Source: an uncultured virus (IMG/VR IMGVR_UViG_3300032397_003421)
Lineage: Duplodnaviria > Heunggongvirae > Uroviricota > Caudoviricetes
Length of the DNA: 64,000 nucleotides
Reading direction: 5' to 3' (one strand)
IMG/VR virus record: IMGVR_UViG_3300032397_003421
Of this stretch, positions 18,731 to 29,475 are shown piece by piece. Made by a program: the position numbers and the translations under genes. How positions within the stretch are numbered: the first letter of the stretch is position 1; each line of letters begins with the position of its first letter. The notes under the pieces are model-generated. The model saw only the letters and a list, made by a program, of their open reading frames with translations. It ran no database searches and was not told the DNA's origin.

Positions 18731-19870
18731 TTAACTTCTCCTTCTTATTATATTTCCTTTATTTTGTAATATATCAATTTCAGATATTCTTTTTTTAGTT
18801 TCATTTTTTTCTTTATTCTGATTAAAAATATCCACTAGAATAAAATCTATTATCTCCTGGTTGACATAGGGATATTTATTTAATTCGAATAATTTGTTAA
18901 GTGCATATTCAACTTGTTGAATACTAATTGTTTTATCTATACCTTGAAGTTGTTGAGTTTGCCAATAGGGAACTTCAATTCCAGATAAACTTTTATATAT
19001 AGTACCTAACATATATCTTAATTTATCTTTTAACTCTATTGTATATTGAATATTAAAAGCTTCTGAATTTCCCTTGAATAAATAATTTATACTTGTTATT
19101 AAATCACTACTAGATATTATTTCAAGTTCTTTTGTAACTTCATTAACTGTCCATAATTCTGAATAGATAATTCTTTCTAAGTAACTTAATGCTTGTCTCA
19201 TACTACCATAACTATTTTCTGCTATAGTTAATAATACATTTATTTTTTCTTCATTATCAATTAATACATTTTCTTGTTTACATATAAAGTATAATTGTTT
19301 AGATATTTCTTCAATAGTATGTGGTTTAAGTTTATAAGTTGTACAACGATTAACAATAGCTTTTGGAATATCTTTCAAATCTCCCATTGATCCTAATATC
19401 CAATACACATTTTTATAATTTTTTTCAATTGGTTTTAATAAATTATTAAGTGCTGCTTTCGTCTTTGACATTTCTTGTATTTCATCAAGGCAAAATACTT
19501 TAGCATTAGCATTAGAAAAACTTTTAATTTCCGCATTTTCTGCAATTTCTCTAGCAGTATCTATTCCAATATTTGATGAATTGTATTCAAAATAAAAATT
19601 AGAAATTTTTTCGTCTATAATAGTTTTACAAATATTACAAATATTACAACTATTACCATTTTCATCTTTATCCCTACATAAAATATTTTTAGCTATTATT
19701 CTTTGTAAAGTCGTCTTACCCACACCTGTATTACCAGTTAATAATAATACTCTTGATATTGTACTTTCTTTAGATCTTTTTTGTAGATCTTTTATTATTG
19801 CTATATGACCAATTACTTCAGATAATTGATTTGGTCTATATTTATTATAGAGTAAAGTATTATTATTCAT
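18731..19870 (-). CDS. dnaX: Clamp loader ATPase (DNA polymerase III gamma/tau-like)
   Basis: LYNKYRP, Walker A GNTGVGKTT, CNICNIC zinc motif, LDEIQ, NRC, GSMRQALSYLE. Confidence 0.9.
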   Translation of the reverse strand: MNNNTLLYNKYRPNQLSEVIGHIAIIKDLQKRSKESTISRVLLLTGNTGVGKTTLQRIIAKNILCRDKDENGNSCNICNICKTIIDEKISNFYFEYNSSNIGIDTAREIAENAEIKSFSNANAKVFCLDEIQEMSKTKAALNNLLKPIEKNYKNVYWILGSMGDLKDIPKAIVNRCTTYKLKPHTIEEISKQLYFICKQENVLIDNEEKINVLLTIAENSYGSMRQALSYLERIIYSELWTVNEVTKELEIISSSDLITSINYLFKGNSEAFNIQYTIELKDKLRYMLGTIYKSLSGIEVPYWQTQQLQGIDKTISIQQVEYALNKLFELNKYPYVNQEIIDFILVDIFNQNKEKNETKKRISEIDILQNKGNIIRRRS

Positions 19871-19876
19871 TTATCC

Positions 19877-20191
19877 TTATCCTTTTTCAATTCCAGAAAA
19901 TTCGCAATCTGCCAACCCTTGTAAACCTCTAAATTCAATTGTAGATATACAATCAGAAATATTTAAACAATCAATACATAATCGTGGTAATTTAATATTT
20001 TTAAGAATTGGACAATCTTGTACATATTCTGGACAAATAGCGTTATCTATATTACACCAATTACAATAATCTACTTTTGAAATTGTTTCATTTATTTTTA
20101 ATTCAGAATTATATTCAATATGACAATTATTATTTATTTTATGAGAGGATAGATGTATACAATATCGACAAAATGTATCTAAATCTAACAT
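19877..20191 (-). CDS. Cys-rich hypothetical protein
   Basis: 104 aa with multiple CxxC motifs. Confidence 0.5.
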   Translation of the reverse strand: MLDLDTFCRYCIHLSSHKINNNCHIEYNSELKINETISKVDYCNWCNIDNAICPEYVQDCPILKNIKLPRLCIDCLNISDCISTIEFRGLQGLADCEFSGIEKG

Positions 20192-20639
20192 AATAAACCC
20201 CTTTTTTTATTTTTCAATCTATCTTATATTCTATTAATATTTTTGCAATTTCTACAACATCTATTATTTCCCAATCTTCTTCTCTAGTTCCTTACTTTAG
20301 AAAAACAACTGCAATTTTTTATAGATATAAAATTCTCATCTTTTTTTTGGAGTCTCACCAATTAATTCTTGTATTATTAATCTTTCATATAGCATTTCAT
20401 TTTATTTTATTTTATTTTATTTCTCCTTTAATAATTATTAAATTTATCAAAATAAATTTAATAATTATTATTTTTTTTTAATTCCCATTATTTTATATAC
20501 TTTTCGATCACTGATTTTAGAAATAATATATGCAACGAAAATAACAATAAAATAAAAACCAAGAATTATTCCAAGACAAATTCCAACAAATAATAGTACA
20601 GTCTCATTAATTTCATTCATAGTTGCAAATATCCTCTTT

Positions 20640-21041
20640 TTAATTTATTGCAGACATCCCCAAAATAAATCTCATTTGTTCTGTATTATTTTCAATAATC
20701 ATTACTTTAAACATAATAGAATTTGCACTAGTGTCGTGTAAAACATAATAAAATTTACAATCTTTCATTAAAATAGTAGTTATTTTAATTCCTTGAGAAT
20801 CTATTTTAACTGTTATTGATTTAATTTTTTTAGGTGTTTCATCAATACCTACAACGGTAATTTCATCTGCGTCTATTATAACCATATTTCTCATATCACC
20901 ATTTAAATAAGCTTCACTTCCACCAGCAGAAATACCAAGTAATTGCCAAGTACCTATATACTTAAAATTTAAAAAACTTTCTTCTGTTGCATATAGGACA
21001 GAACTTACAAATAACAATACTATCATTAAATATGTTTTCAT
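20640..21041 (-). CDS. Secreted hypothetical protein (lipocalin-like)
   Basis: Signal peptide MKTYLMIVLLFVSSVLYA; IGTWQL motif. Confidence 0.55.
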   Translation of the reverse strand: MKTYLMIVLLFVSSVLYATEESFLNFKYIGTWQLLGISAGGSEAYLNGDMRNMVIIDADEITVVGIDETPKKIKSITVKIDSQGIKITTILMKDCKFYYVLHDTSANSIMFKVMIIENNTEQMRFILGMSAIN

Positions 21042-21081
21042 TTTTTAACCATCCTTTTTTTAATTTTAATATCTTATATAT

Positions 21082-21110
21082 AATATATAAAAAATTTATG
21101 AAAAATTAAA
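21082..21110 (-). promoter_or_regulatory. Early-type promoter TTTAAT-N17-TATATT
   Basis: Repeated intergenic motif. Confidence 0.6.
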
Positions 21111-21242
21111 CTTTTTTACTTAATTTCTTCTAGTGTAAACTATTATCTCGATTCATTTTTTGAATATTTTAAAAATAAAAAAATATAATTTGTTCTATTA
21201 TTATTATTATAATTAGAATAATAAAAAGAAATATCATTTTTT

Positions 21243-21482
21243 TCATAAATCTAAAAATTCTTGAATTGTTATTAATTTATGTTCACGTTCTTTTTGAAAA
21301 TATTTAATATCATTAGAAAAAAAGATTGTACCATTTTTATTTAAATATAAATAAGAAAAATTAAATTTACAAGATTCATCTTTAATAAGTTGATTTACTT
21401 CCCAATAATACCCCAACTTAAAACTTTTTAATCGAATTGTGTCTAGTACTTCATTACTTATATCTATCTTATATGCAAACAT
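21243..21482 (-). CDS. Hypothetical protein
   Basis: 79-aa ORF in operon; FKLGYYW motif. Confidence 0.5.
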   Translation of the reverse strand: MFAYKIDISNEVLDTIRLKSFKLGYYWEVNQLIKDESCKFNFSYLYLNKNGTIFFSNDIKYFQKEREHKLITIQEFLDL

Positions 21483-21493
21483 TATTTTTTTTC

Positions 21494-22009
21494 CTACAAA
21501 TTATGTCTTCTTGCCCATTCTGCAATTAATAAACCATCAGCATCTTTATGTAAAGTAATTACCTCTTTATGTTGAGGAAACATTCTAATTCCTATATCCA
21601 TAGATGCTTTTTTTTGTTGAGCTGCCCCTTTAATACCTAAAGGTAATAATTCATGTTGCCATAATTTACTATCTACAAAAAAATAGGAAATATTTAATTC
21701 TTCTAAACAAATTAAAGTACATTCAAATGCTCTTAACGCTGAGGTTGTTGCCTCAAATCTCATTGGATTTACCATTGGTCGTTCTATAAAAACTTTCCAA
21801 TTTTTTAATTCATTTTTTGAATAAGTAGTAAATATTTCAACAAGTTTAGGATAATCTATTCGTGTAATATTTTTTGCTTTTGTTTTTTGATAGTTTGTTA
21901 CTACTTTTATTGGAGTTTTTCTAAAACTAGAAGTATTATCTGGAAATATAATACCTATCGTACCAGAACTACCATTATCGATAGCTACATATACAGTATT
22001 GTTTATCAT
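21494..22009 (-). CDS. RuvC-like Holliday junction resolvase
   Basis: VAIDNGSSGTIG, FIERP, WQ and DADGLLIAEW acidic catalytic pattern; TACTAATA at 22032-22039. Confidence 0.75.
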   Translation of the reverse strand: MINNTVYVAIDNGSSGTIGIIFPDNTSSFRKTPIKVVTNYQKTKAKNITRIDYPKLVEIFTTYSKNELKNWKVFIERPMVNPMRFEATTSALRAFECTLICLEELNISYFFVDSKLWQHELLPLGIKGAAQQKKASMDIGIRMFPQHKEVITLHKDADGLLIAEWARRHNL

Positions 22010-22061
22010 TATAATACTCCAATTTTTTAATTATTAGTATTAATATTATTATAGTTTATTA

Positions 22062-22322
22062 TTATTTTTTAATTTTTTTAATAGAAGGTAGTTTATCTTC
22101 TTTTGTAAAATTCCTAATAAGACATAATTCTATATCTTGGTAATAAATAATAATTTCATCTTCATTTGCAGAAACTAAATGTATATTACCTTTACTATCT
22201 ACTGTAATAAATTGAGAAACATTAATTTTAACTACTTCTAAATATTGAGTTTTTAATTTATCTTCTTGATTACTACAAGATATTAAAAATAATACAATAA
22301 AAATAATAAATAATCTTTTCAT
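22062..22322 (-). CDS. Lipoprotein
   Basis: MKRLFIIFIVLFLISC lipobox-type signal. Confidence 0.6.
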   Translation of the reverse strand: MKRLFIIFIVLFLISCSNQEDKLKTQYLEVVKINVSQFITVDSKGNIHLVSANEDEIIIYYQDIELCLIRNFTKEDKLPSIKKIKK

Positions 22323-22666
22323 TTTTTTAATTCTTCCTTCATTTTTATGAAAATTTCAGGATATATTAAATCTACCCAAGCAGAATTAGAATGCAATGTG
22401 ATTTTACAGTAAAAACTAGAGATAGGATGAAGTCGATTAAGTTCTTCTGGAACATCTTCTAGTAAGCATTTAACAAGTTTCCATTCTATACTATTACCTT
22501 GAGCAACCCACTGATTAATAAGTAATTGTCCTTGAAATTGTTGTTGATATTGATATTGTCTTGTATAATTAAAATTATTTATTTCAATACCCTTACCACT
22601 AAAGAACCAAATATTTATCCCTATTGATACTGCCAATAATAATCCTATTATTACTATTTTATTCAT
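22319..22666 (-). CDS. Membrane-anchored hypothetical protein
   Basis: N-terminal TM helix, Gln-rich segment, AAGGAG RBS. Confidence 0.55.
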   Translation of the reverse strand: MNKIVIIGLLLAVSIGINIWFFSGKGIEINNFNYTRQYQYQQQFQGQLLINQWVAQGNSIEWKLVKCLLEDVPEELNRLHPISSFYCKITLHSNSAWVDLIYPEIFIKMKEELKK

Positions 22667-22823
22667 TTTTTATTCTCCTTTTTATAAAATTACATTTCGG
22701 TTGAACACATTCAGGTTTAAATCCAAACCACTTAGCTTTTAAAATACTATGACATGAAGGACATTTTTGATTAGAACTATTATTTTTTATTAAAGATTGT
22801 TTGACAATAATTATTTCATTCAT

Positions 22824-23072
22824 CTATACTTCCTTATATTTTTTTAGAAATCTTTCTGGTGATATAGAATAATATATTCCTAAGATATCTTTAACAATAT
22901 AATCATTAATTTCACCAGTATGAATACCTAATATAACTTGATTATTAATTACTTCACCAAAAATTCCAATAAATTCTTCTATTTCAGTTTTATTTTTTCC
23001 TGTCCATTGAATAACATTTAATTTTTGAGTGATTTTCATTTTTCCAACTAATTTGACGTATTGTTTTTCCAT
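22824..23072 (-). CDS. Conserved phage hypothetical protein
   Basis: IQWTGKN..DYIVKD..G.YY....F.K.Y pattern common in phage proteins. Confidence 0.6.
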   Translation of the reverse strand: MEKQYVKLVGKMKITQKLNVIQWTGKNKTEIEEFIGIFGEVINNQVILGIHTGEINDYIVKDILGIYYSISPERFLKKYKEV

Positions 23073-23278
23073 ATATCCTCTAATTTTTTAAAATAATATT
23101 TTTATTTTTTTATAAAAAATACAATAAAAAATAAACCTATGCATAAACAAGTAATGAATAAATTATTTTGTAACCACATTAACAATTCAACTAAATTATA
23201 TTGATTCATTTTTATTTTTTTACCATTTTTACCATTTATTTTTTTATCACTTCTTACTAATGAATTCCTTTTATCTAG

Positions 23279-23941
23279 TTATAAAAATAAATATTTATAC
23301 CAATCTTCATCTGGCATCATATTTAAACATACCCATTTAGTATTAGTTTTTTTATATATATTTTCTAAATATTTATGCCAATGTCCAAATATCCAAATTT
23401 TAGGTTTATATTTTTGACATATTAAATTTAAAATTTGTCTTGATGGATCATTTACTTCATCATAGCATGGTACTTCAACATTAAAAAATATTGGACATGT
23501 ATGAGATATTACAATATCAGCTTTTTTAACATTTTCTTTAATATATTTAAAATCTTCATATGTTAATATTTCTTGATTCCACCATGAAATTTTAGGAAGT
23601 CTATATTTTTTATCAATACTATCAGCACCACCTATAAATAAAATAGTTAGTTTGTTTATTATTAATGTAGACCCTATTGGACACATAAATATATTTTTTT
23701 TTATTTCAATTGGGTCTTTACCATATCTTCCAATTTTTTCTTCAAAAAGATCCCAATTGTCATGATTACCTGGAATAAAATATATTTTAGTATTTTGTGG
23801 TTTAATTACTCCCTTATTCTCTTTTTTCCAATAATAAGCATTATCTCCACATTGTATTATAATATCTGGTTTTTCTAAAAAAATAAATTCATTGAATATA
23901 TCAAATTTACCATGTATATCTCCTACTACTATAATTTTCAT
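23279..23941 (-). CDS. Calcineurin-like metallophosphoesterase
   Basis: GDIHG, CGD, GNHD, GGADSID, SHTCP and FGHWH motifs. Confidence 0.9.
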   Translation of the reverse strand: MKIIVVGDIHGKFDIFNEFIFLEKPDIIIQCGDNAYYWKKENKGVIKPQNTKIYFIPGNHDNWDLFEEKIGRYGKDPIEIKKNIFMCPIGSTLIINKLTILFIGGADSIDKKYRLPKISWWNQEILTYEDFKYIKENVKKADIVISHTCPIFFNVEVPCYDEVNDPSRQILNLICQKYKPKIWIFGHWHKYLENIYKKTNTKWVCLNMMPDEDWYKYLFL

Positions 23942-24169
23942 TTATTCTATTCCTAAATCAATAAGATACATAGCACTTACAAGACACTTAGTAAATTTAC
24001 CACAATTTTTACAAATAAAAGTATGATAGATAAGAGAAGTGTTTTTTAAAGAAATATTTATATTTTTAATATAAATAGTTCCTTTAGGAAATTTATCCCC
24101 AGTTACAGAAATTAGTTCTAATTGATTATTACACTCTTCACAATTAATGTGATCAAGTTGTAATATCAT
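23942..24169 (-). CDS. Zinc-ribbon hypothetical protein
   Basis: CEEC and CKNC. Confidence 0.5.
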   Translation of the reverse strand: MILQLDHINCEECNNQLELISVTGDKFPKGTIYIKNINISLKNTSLIYHTFICKNCGKFTKCLVSAMYLIDLGIE

Positions 24170-24196
24170 TATCTACTCCTATACAACTATAGACCT

Positions 24197-24436
24197 TTAT
24201 TTATTTATATATATGTCAAAAATTCCTTTTTCAGAAAAAAAATGATTTTGTAAATTACTAAAATGTTTAATTGCAAATCCATGAAAAATATAAATATGAT
24301 TTTTTCTTTCTGCATCATATGAAATATTTTTAATTTCATAAAAACAATCATCCAACTTTCTTTTTAGTATATCACCTATTTTTAAGTCTGAATAAGATTT
24401 TGTTTCTTGTAAAATAAAATTAGAACTTAATAACAT
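24197..24436 (-). CDS. Hypothetical protein
   Basis: 79-aa ORF in operon. Confidence 0.45.
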   Translation of the reverse strand: MLLSSNFILQETKSYSDLKIGDILKRKLDDCFYEIKNISYDAERKNHIYIFHGFAIKHFSNLQNHFFSEKGIFDIYINK

Positions 24437-24437
24437 T

Positions 24438-24695
24438 TTATTTTTTTATCCTTTTTCCTTTAAAATTTCCATATTTACTTGGCATTGGTGTTATATTATT
24501 TTCAAAACCATTATTACTATTTCCTAACATACCCCCAGCAACAGAAAAATCACCAATTCCCCAAATTCTATAAGTATCAATACTTCCACATAAAGAACAT
24601 TTGTAAGAACTTTCAAAATTTTCTTCTATTGTTTTTTTCCAAACATCAAAAGGTTGAGAACATTTTGAACATTTAAAAGTTGTTTGAATAGTCAT
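24438..24695 (-). CDS. FmdB-like zinc-ribbon protein
   Basis: MTIQTTFKCSKC..CSLCGS; start moved to ATG 24695; TACTAATT at 24732-24739. Confidence 0.55.
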   Translation of the reverse strand: MTIQTTFKCSKCSQPFDVWKKTIEENFESSYKCSLCGSIDTYRIWGIGDFSVAGGMLGNSNNGFENNITPMPSKYGNFKGKRIKK

Positions 24696-24774
24696 TATAT
24701 TTTTTCCATATTTATTATTTTTAATATTTTTAATTAGTAGTATTAAGAAATTCCTTCTTTTAATTAAAAAATAA

Positions 24775-26157
24775 TTATTTTTTATTTTCTCGATAAGGAA
24801 AAAGTTTAAAAGAATTATCTCCAAAAATAAAGGGAGTTCGACTAAGATAAGGAGAATCATTTTGTTTTACGACAGAAACAAATACTAAATCAGTAGAAAT
24901 ATTCCATTCCTCCTCCCGATTTGGAAAATATCTTCTTTTTAAAGTCAATGGTCGATTAACAGCCATTACTACTCGCGATCTTGCTGCATAAACACTTCCA
25001 CCTTCTACCATTTCTGGTTGAAGACAAAAAGTATCACAAGCTTCTGGAGTAGAAAACATTTTTCCTCCACGAAAGAGGTTTTCGTTAGATTGTAAAATAT
25101 TTATAATATGTATTTTATGTTTTTTTGCTATTTGTAATAATCTATTAACTCCAGGTTTTAAATCTGTTCCTGCTTTACCAGATAATTCTTCAATTTGTTC
25201 TGTAAGATCTATTGTAACTACACAATATCCATCTTCTGGTAATACTCCTGCTTTATTAAATTTTTGTTTACATTTATAAATATAAGTATCTAATTCATTT
25301 AATGTTAACATTGGTTCTGCGTAATAAGCAAAATTTTTTCTAGTTTCTTTTAATTTTAAATTATCTTCTATTATTTGTTTAGTTTCTTCTGATTTATTAT
25401 TAGATAATAATTCTTCAAGTGATAAATTAGTTTCCATAGAAACAAATCGATCCATATTACTTTCTTCTATCATTTCAAGATTTATTGAAATAACACAAGT
25501 ACCTTTATTAACAAGAATATTTTCTATACATTTACATAGAATACTTTTTCCACTCCCTTTCATACCAAAAATAACTGTCATTTCTCCAACAGCAGCAGGT
25601 CTTATTAACATTTTATCAATTACTTTAAAACCATAACTTCTTTTATTTAAACCATCTTCTCTTTTTCTTAAAATTTCCCTATATGTTGTAGAAAGTTCAT
25701 CATAAGTTCTTACTGTTTTATCATCATCAAGTTTAATAGAATTATAAAGTATACTATCAGCAAGATTTCTGATAATATCATAATTAAGCCCACCATCTGA
25801 AACACTTTGAGTTAAAAATTGTTCAATAGTATTTCCTATTTTTAATTTTATTGTATAATCTTTAATATTTTTAATATATGTTTTAATAATATTAAAATCT
25901 ATACTTGGTTTATTAAAAATAGATTCTATAAATTCTTGACTAACTTCTTGACAATATTTTTGGATGGCTCTTTTATCAATTACTTGTACATCTTTTTTTG
26001 TATGTAAATCAATAATAGTATTATATATTATTTTACTATTTTTATTTATAAAATCTTTTTCAGAAATAAAAAAATAATCTTTAGGAGTTTTTAAAAAATA
26101 TGACAATACCCATAATTCATCTTCTTCTACAGAGGGAACAAATTTAACAAATGACAT
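24775..26157 (-). CDS. dnaB: Replicative DNA helicase (DnaB-like)
   Basis: GFKVIDKML, Walker A GMKGSGKS, INLEM, ILQSNE. Confidence 0.75.
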   Translation of the reverse strand: MSFVKFVPSVEEDELWVLSYFLKTPKDYFFISEKDFINKNSKIIYNTIIDLHTKKDVQVIDKRAIQKYCQEVSQEFIESIFNKPSIDFNIIKTYIKNIKDYTIKLKIGNTIEQFLTQSVSDGGLNYDIIRNLADSILYNSIKLDDDKTVRTYDELSTTYREILRKREDGLNKRSYGFKVIDKMLIRPAAVGEMTVIFGMKGSGKSILCKCIENILVNKGTCVISINLEMIEESNMDRFVSMETNLSLEELLSNNKSEETKQIIEDNLKLKETRKNFAYYAEPMLTLNELDTYIYKCKQKFNKAGVLPEDGYCVVTIDLTEQIEELSGKAGTDLKPGVNRLLQIAKKHKIHIINILQSNENLFRGGKMFSTPEACDTFCLQPEMVEGGSVYAARSRVVMAVNRPLTLKRRYFPNREEEWNISTDLVFVSVVKQNDSPYLSRTPFIFGDNSFKLFPYRENKK

Positions 26158-26178
26158 AAAATTTCCTTTATACTATAT

Positions 26179-26207
26179 AGTATATAAAATTTATTTAAAA
26201 AATTAAA
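26179..26207 (-). promoter_or_regulatory. Early-type promoter TTTAAT-N17-TATACT
   Basis: Repeated intergenic motif. Confidence 0.6.
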
Positions 26208-27147
26208 CAGTCAATACTCTCTTATATCTCTTTCTTTCTAAAAAATTATGTGAATCTCTTTTAGGATCAATCATAAAATTAAAAAATGGAATATCTAAAA
26301 GTGCAAACCAACTCCTTAATTTTTCAATGTTTAATAAACATTTATAAGCAATATCTGTAAAAGTTAAATCTAAGGTAATAAAATCAACTAATTGATAATT
26401 TATTTTTAATTGAATTTGTGCTTCTTGTATTTTTAATTTCCATTGTTTTGGAATTTCTTCATTTTTCCACATATTAGCAAGTAAATCATAAATACTATCA
26501 TAATTTTCTATAATATGACTTAAAATTATTTTTGGTAAATAAGGTACAGCATTTTCAATACAATCACTTTTATCTCCATGAATTGCTTTATATATTTTAA
26601 CACCGTTACCAGAAGGATTAAATCCATAATCTTCAATAAAAGTATCTACATCATATACTTTATGATAATTAAACCAATAAATTCTATTTTCTTGTGAAAC
26701 GCTTCTTGCCCAGTCAAGATCAGCACTTATAAGTAAACAAGAATTTTTTACTTTATTAATAATTGGCAATACTAAATCATCTGCTTCACATTTATTATGT
26801 GAAACTATATAAAAATTATTATCATAAGATTTTAATATTTCTATAAGTTTTTCTAAAAATTTATAAAATACTTGAGGAATATTTTTATTTTTTCTCGCAT
26901 GTTTATAAGATGAATCAATTAATTCTCTTTCATTTATTTTTGAAAAGGGATTATCATGCAGTATATATACATTAGTTTCATTATTTCCATAAACATTTTT
27001 AAGTTGATTTATTCTTTCAAGAGAATCTTGAATAATCATAGAATAAAATTTATCTTCCTCTTCTTGTTCTATAATTTTTTTAATTGTGTTTGTTATAGAA
27101 CGCCAATATAAATTATTAAGGTCGATTATTAGATTAGCAAATTTCAA
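26203..27147 (-). CDS. 5'-3' exonuclease / flap endonuclease (T4 RNase H-like)
   Basis: LIIDLNNL, YKHAR, EADDL, SADLD and GDKSDCI motifs. Confidence 0.85.
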   Translation of the reverse strand: MKFANLIIDLNNLYWRSITNTIKKIIEQEEEDKFYSMIIQDSLERINQLKNVYGNNETNVYILHDNPFSKINERELIDSSYKHARKNKNIPQVFYKFLEKLIEILKSYDNNFYIVSHNKCEADDLVLPIINKVKNSCLLISADLDWARSVSQENRIYWFNYHKVYDVDTFIEDYGFNPSGNGVKIYKAIHGDKSDCIENAVPYLPKIILSHIIENYDSIYDLLANMWKNEEIPKQWKLKIQEAQIQLKINYQLVDFITLDLTFTDIAYKCLLNIEKLRSWFALLDIPFFNFMIDPKRDSHNFLERKRYKRVLTV

Positions 27148-27615
27148 TTATTTTTCTCCTTCAGTAAATTCACTTTGTTTTAATTTATTGTGAACATCTA
27201 TTAGATCAAGTAATTCCTTGAGTTTTTTAGTTTGTTCTATTGTTACAATTCCATCAAGTCCAAGTAGAGGTTTATCTGGTGGAAACATTTCAGATTCTTT
27301 TTCCATTTTAATAGAAGCTTCTAATATTTTTAAAATTGGAGTAGCTGCTTCAGTTTCTCCTTTAGATAATATTTCAACTAATTTTATTAAAACTCCATAA
27401 GGAACATCTTCATCTTCTTTTTCTAATTTAGCAAGAAGCAGAGTATCTACTTTTTGTTTTAATACTGAAGTACTTGTTGATTTTTTAATATATGCATTTA
27501 CAAAATTAAATATATTTTCCTTAGCAATTTCTTTTATATTATTTCTATCAATTTGAGAATTTGATTCAGTTGTTATATCATCTATTTTTGTTATTAACTC
27601 TTTTTCAATATTCAT
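27148..27615 (-). CDS. Hypothetical protein
   Basis: 155-aa helical ORF. Confidence 0.55.
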   Translation of the reverse strand: MNIEKELITKIDDITTESNSQIDRNNIKEIAKENIFNFVNAYIKKSTSTSVLKQKVDTLLLAKLEKEDEDVPYGVLIKLVEILSKGETEAATPILKILEASIKMEKESEMFPPDKPLLGLDGIVTIEQTKKLKELLDLIDVHNKLKQSEFTEGEK

Positions 27616-28087
27616 TTAGTTCTTCTTCCTTAACAGAATTTAAAGTTCTATAAAAATTTACAAATTCTTTTTCATCTATATTATTAAGTGTATTAATTAA
27701 ATCTTGTCCTAACGCCTCTTTAATTTTATTTATTTTACCTCCAATACTTATAGAGCTTAATAATTCTTTATGAGAATCAGGAATGTCTAAATAATCTTTT
27801 ATATCTGTCCAAGTATACCCTTTAAAAATTTTTAGCCAAAAACATAAAGCAGTAAGAACACTTGTTTTATATGCTTCTCTAGAAGGAAGTCTTAAAATAT
27901 CTCCATCATAATAAATTAAAAGTTTTTGTAGGGATTCATTATCTAAAATTTTAGCAAGTAAATATAAATCATGTTGTTTATGATCTAAAGAATAAATATA
28001 TAAAGATAACTCATTAAATATTTGTTCATTTAATATATTTTCTTTTTTAAAATAATTCTCTAACGTAGCATGCAAAAATTTATTCAT
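27605..28087 (-). CDS. Hypothetical protein (possible DNA-binding)
   Basis: 160 aa; YYDGDILRLPS resembles Mor-like F.G..+.+P; TACTAATA at 28114-28121. Confidence 0.5.
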   Translation of the reverse strand: MNKFLHATLENYFKKENILNEQIFNELSLYIYSLDHKQHDLYLLAKILDNESLQKLLIYYDGDILRLPSREAYKTSVLTALCFWLKIFKGYTWTDIKDYLDIPDSHKELLSSISIGGKINKIKEALGQDLINTLNNIDEKEFVNFYRTLNSVKEEELNEY

Positions 28088-28177
28088 AAAAGTATAATTC
28101 CTCTAATTTTTTATATTAGTATTCTTTTGTTTTTCTCAGAACTAATATTAAAAAAGAAGTATTTTTTATGAATAAAA

Positions 28178-29095
28178 TTAAGAAAGTAATTGTTTATTTA
28201 TTTGAAGCATTTTATTTAATAGAGGATATTTTAAATTTTTATTTATTGGTATTATTTTTTCTTTTGGATAAAAACAATTTATTGCTTGTCCATAACAAAG
28301 TTCAGATGAATTTTCTAATTCTTTTCTTAATATTTCTAAAGTATCAAGTGATTTCATTCGGCCCTCTCTTCCAAATGCCTGAAATAATCTATCAAATGAA
28401 TTTTCTCCATATTTAAAATTTAAATGCATTGCAATAGTTCTTATGTAATCTTCATATGGATTTTTACAATAGTTGCTAACTCCTTCTATAAGATCCATTA
28501 TTTTATAATAAAGTCTTATTGTATCTTCTTCTACTTCTACTTTATGTATTGTATCTTTATCACATGGAATAAGTTCATGTAAATTATTTCCATCTTCAAA
28601 TTGAAAATCAAGGGAGATATCTTTTGATTCTAATTCAGATGGATGAAATATAGCTTGTTTAATTTTCCATATTAAATAACCACCAAAAGAAAAATCAACT
28701 TTAAAATCATCTCTTGTTAAATATTCTTCTATGAAAACAACAACAGAATTATAACTATAATATTCTAACGCCCCTATCCATGTTAAATATATTTTATAAT
28801 TTTTTTTAATAAGTGATTGAGTATATAAATCAAGTAATCTTATAAATGGAGTTATTGTTTTTTCACATCGGTTATTTAAATAATCTGCTTGTAAATATTT
28901 TAATTTTCTTTCAGTTGGTGGTAATATACACCATTGTTCATTGCATTTAGGACAAATACAATTATTATTTTGCCATTGTTTTTTTATCTCAATATTAGAA
29001 ATTTTAAATTCATTATTACAATATTTACATTTAAGAGGTTTTCCTCTATTTTCAATTAATTTAGTTTCTTCAAATAGAATATCTATTTTAAGCAT
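28178..29095 (-). CDS. Putative phage sigma-factor-like transcription regulator with N-terminal zinc ribbon
   Basis: CKYC..CPKC; FSFGGYLIWKIKQAI resembles sigma region 2.3-2.4; DISLDF downstream. Confidence 0.4.
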   Translation of the reverse strand: MLKIDILFEETKLIENRGKPLKCKYCNNEFKISNIEIKKQWQNNNCICPKCNEQWCILPPTERKLKYLQADYLNNRCEKTITPFIRLLDLYTQSLIKKNYKIYLTWIGALEYYSYNSVVVFIEEYLTRDDFKVDFSFGGYLIWKIKQAIFHPSELESKDISLDFQFEDGNNLHELIPCDKDTIHKVEVEEDTIRLYYKIMDLIEGVSNYCKNPYEDYIRTIAMHLNFKYGENSFDRLFQAFGREGRMKSLDTLEILRKELENSSELCYGQAINCFYPKEKIIPINKNLKYPLLNKMLQINKQLLS

Positions 29096-29176
29096 TTTTT
29101 TTTCCTTAAAAAAATTCTTCTATTTAATATAATAGAAGAATTTTAAGTTAATTTATTTAAATTAAATTAAATTAAA

Positions 29177-29356
29177 TTAACAATAACTACTATCAGAGAA
29201 TTTACAAAGATTTTGATTTTCACACCATATCATTACTTGAGCTCTTGGAAGTTTAAGTTTTTCTGCAATTTTTCTTGCATTTTTTGTTGTTTTCCATTCT
29301 TTCATTACTTCTTTTTGTTCTTTTGTAGTGAGAGTGACTGTTGTTGGTCTTGACAT
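29177..29356 (-). CDS. Small HTH-like protein (59 aa, below the ORF-track cutoff)
   Basis: AGGAG RBS; MSRPTTVTLTTKEQKEVMKEWKTTKNARKIAEKLKLPRAQVMIWCENQ. Confidence 0.55.
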   Translation of the reverse strand: MSRPTTVTLTTKEQKEVMKEWKTTKNARKIAEKLKLPRAQVMIWCENQNLCKFSDSSYC

Positions 29357-29475
29357 TAAAGTCTCCTATAAATTTAATTTTATTATTAACTATCTAATGA
29401 TAGCAAATAGTTTATTCATAGTTTATTCATAATCTTTTATAAAAAGGTTTTATAAAATATAACTCATATTTTTTA

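Noticed and set aside
29149..29180. ttaaa pentamer run as a functional repeat or origin
   Set aside because: It is short and low-complexity in a very AT-rich genome, with no supporting features.
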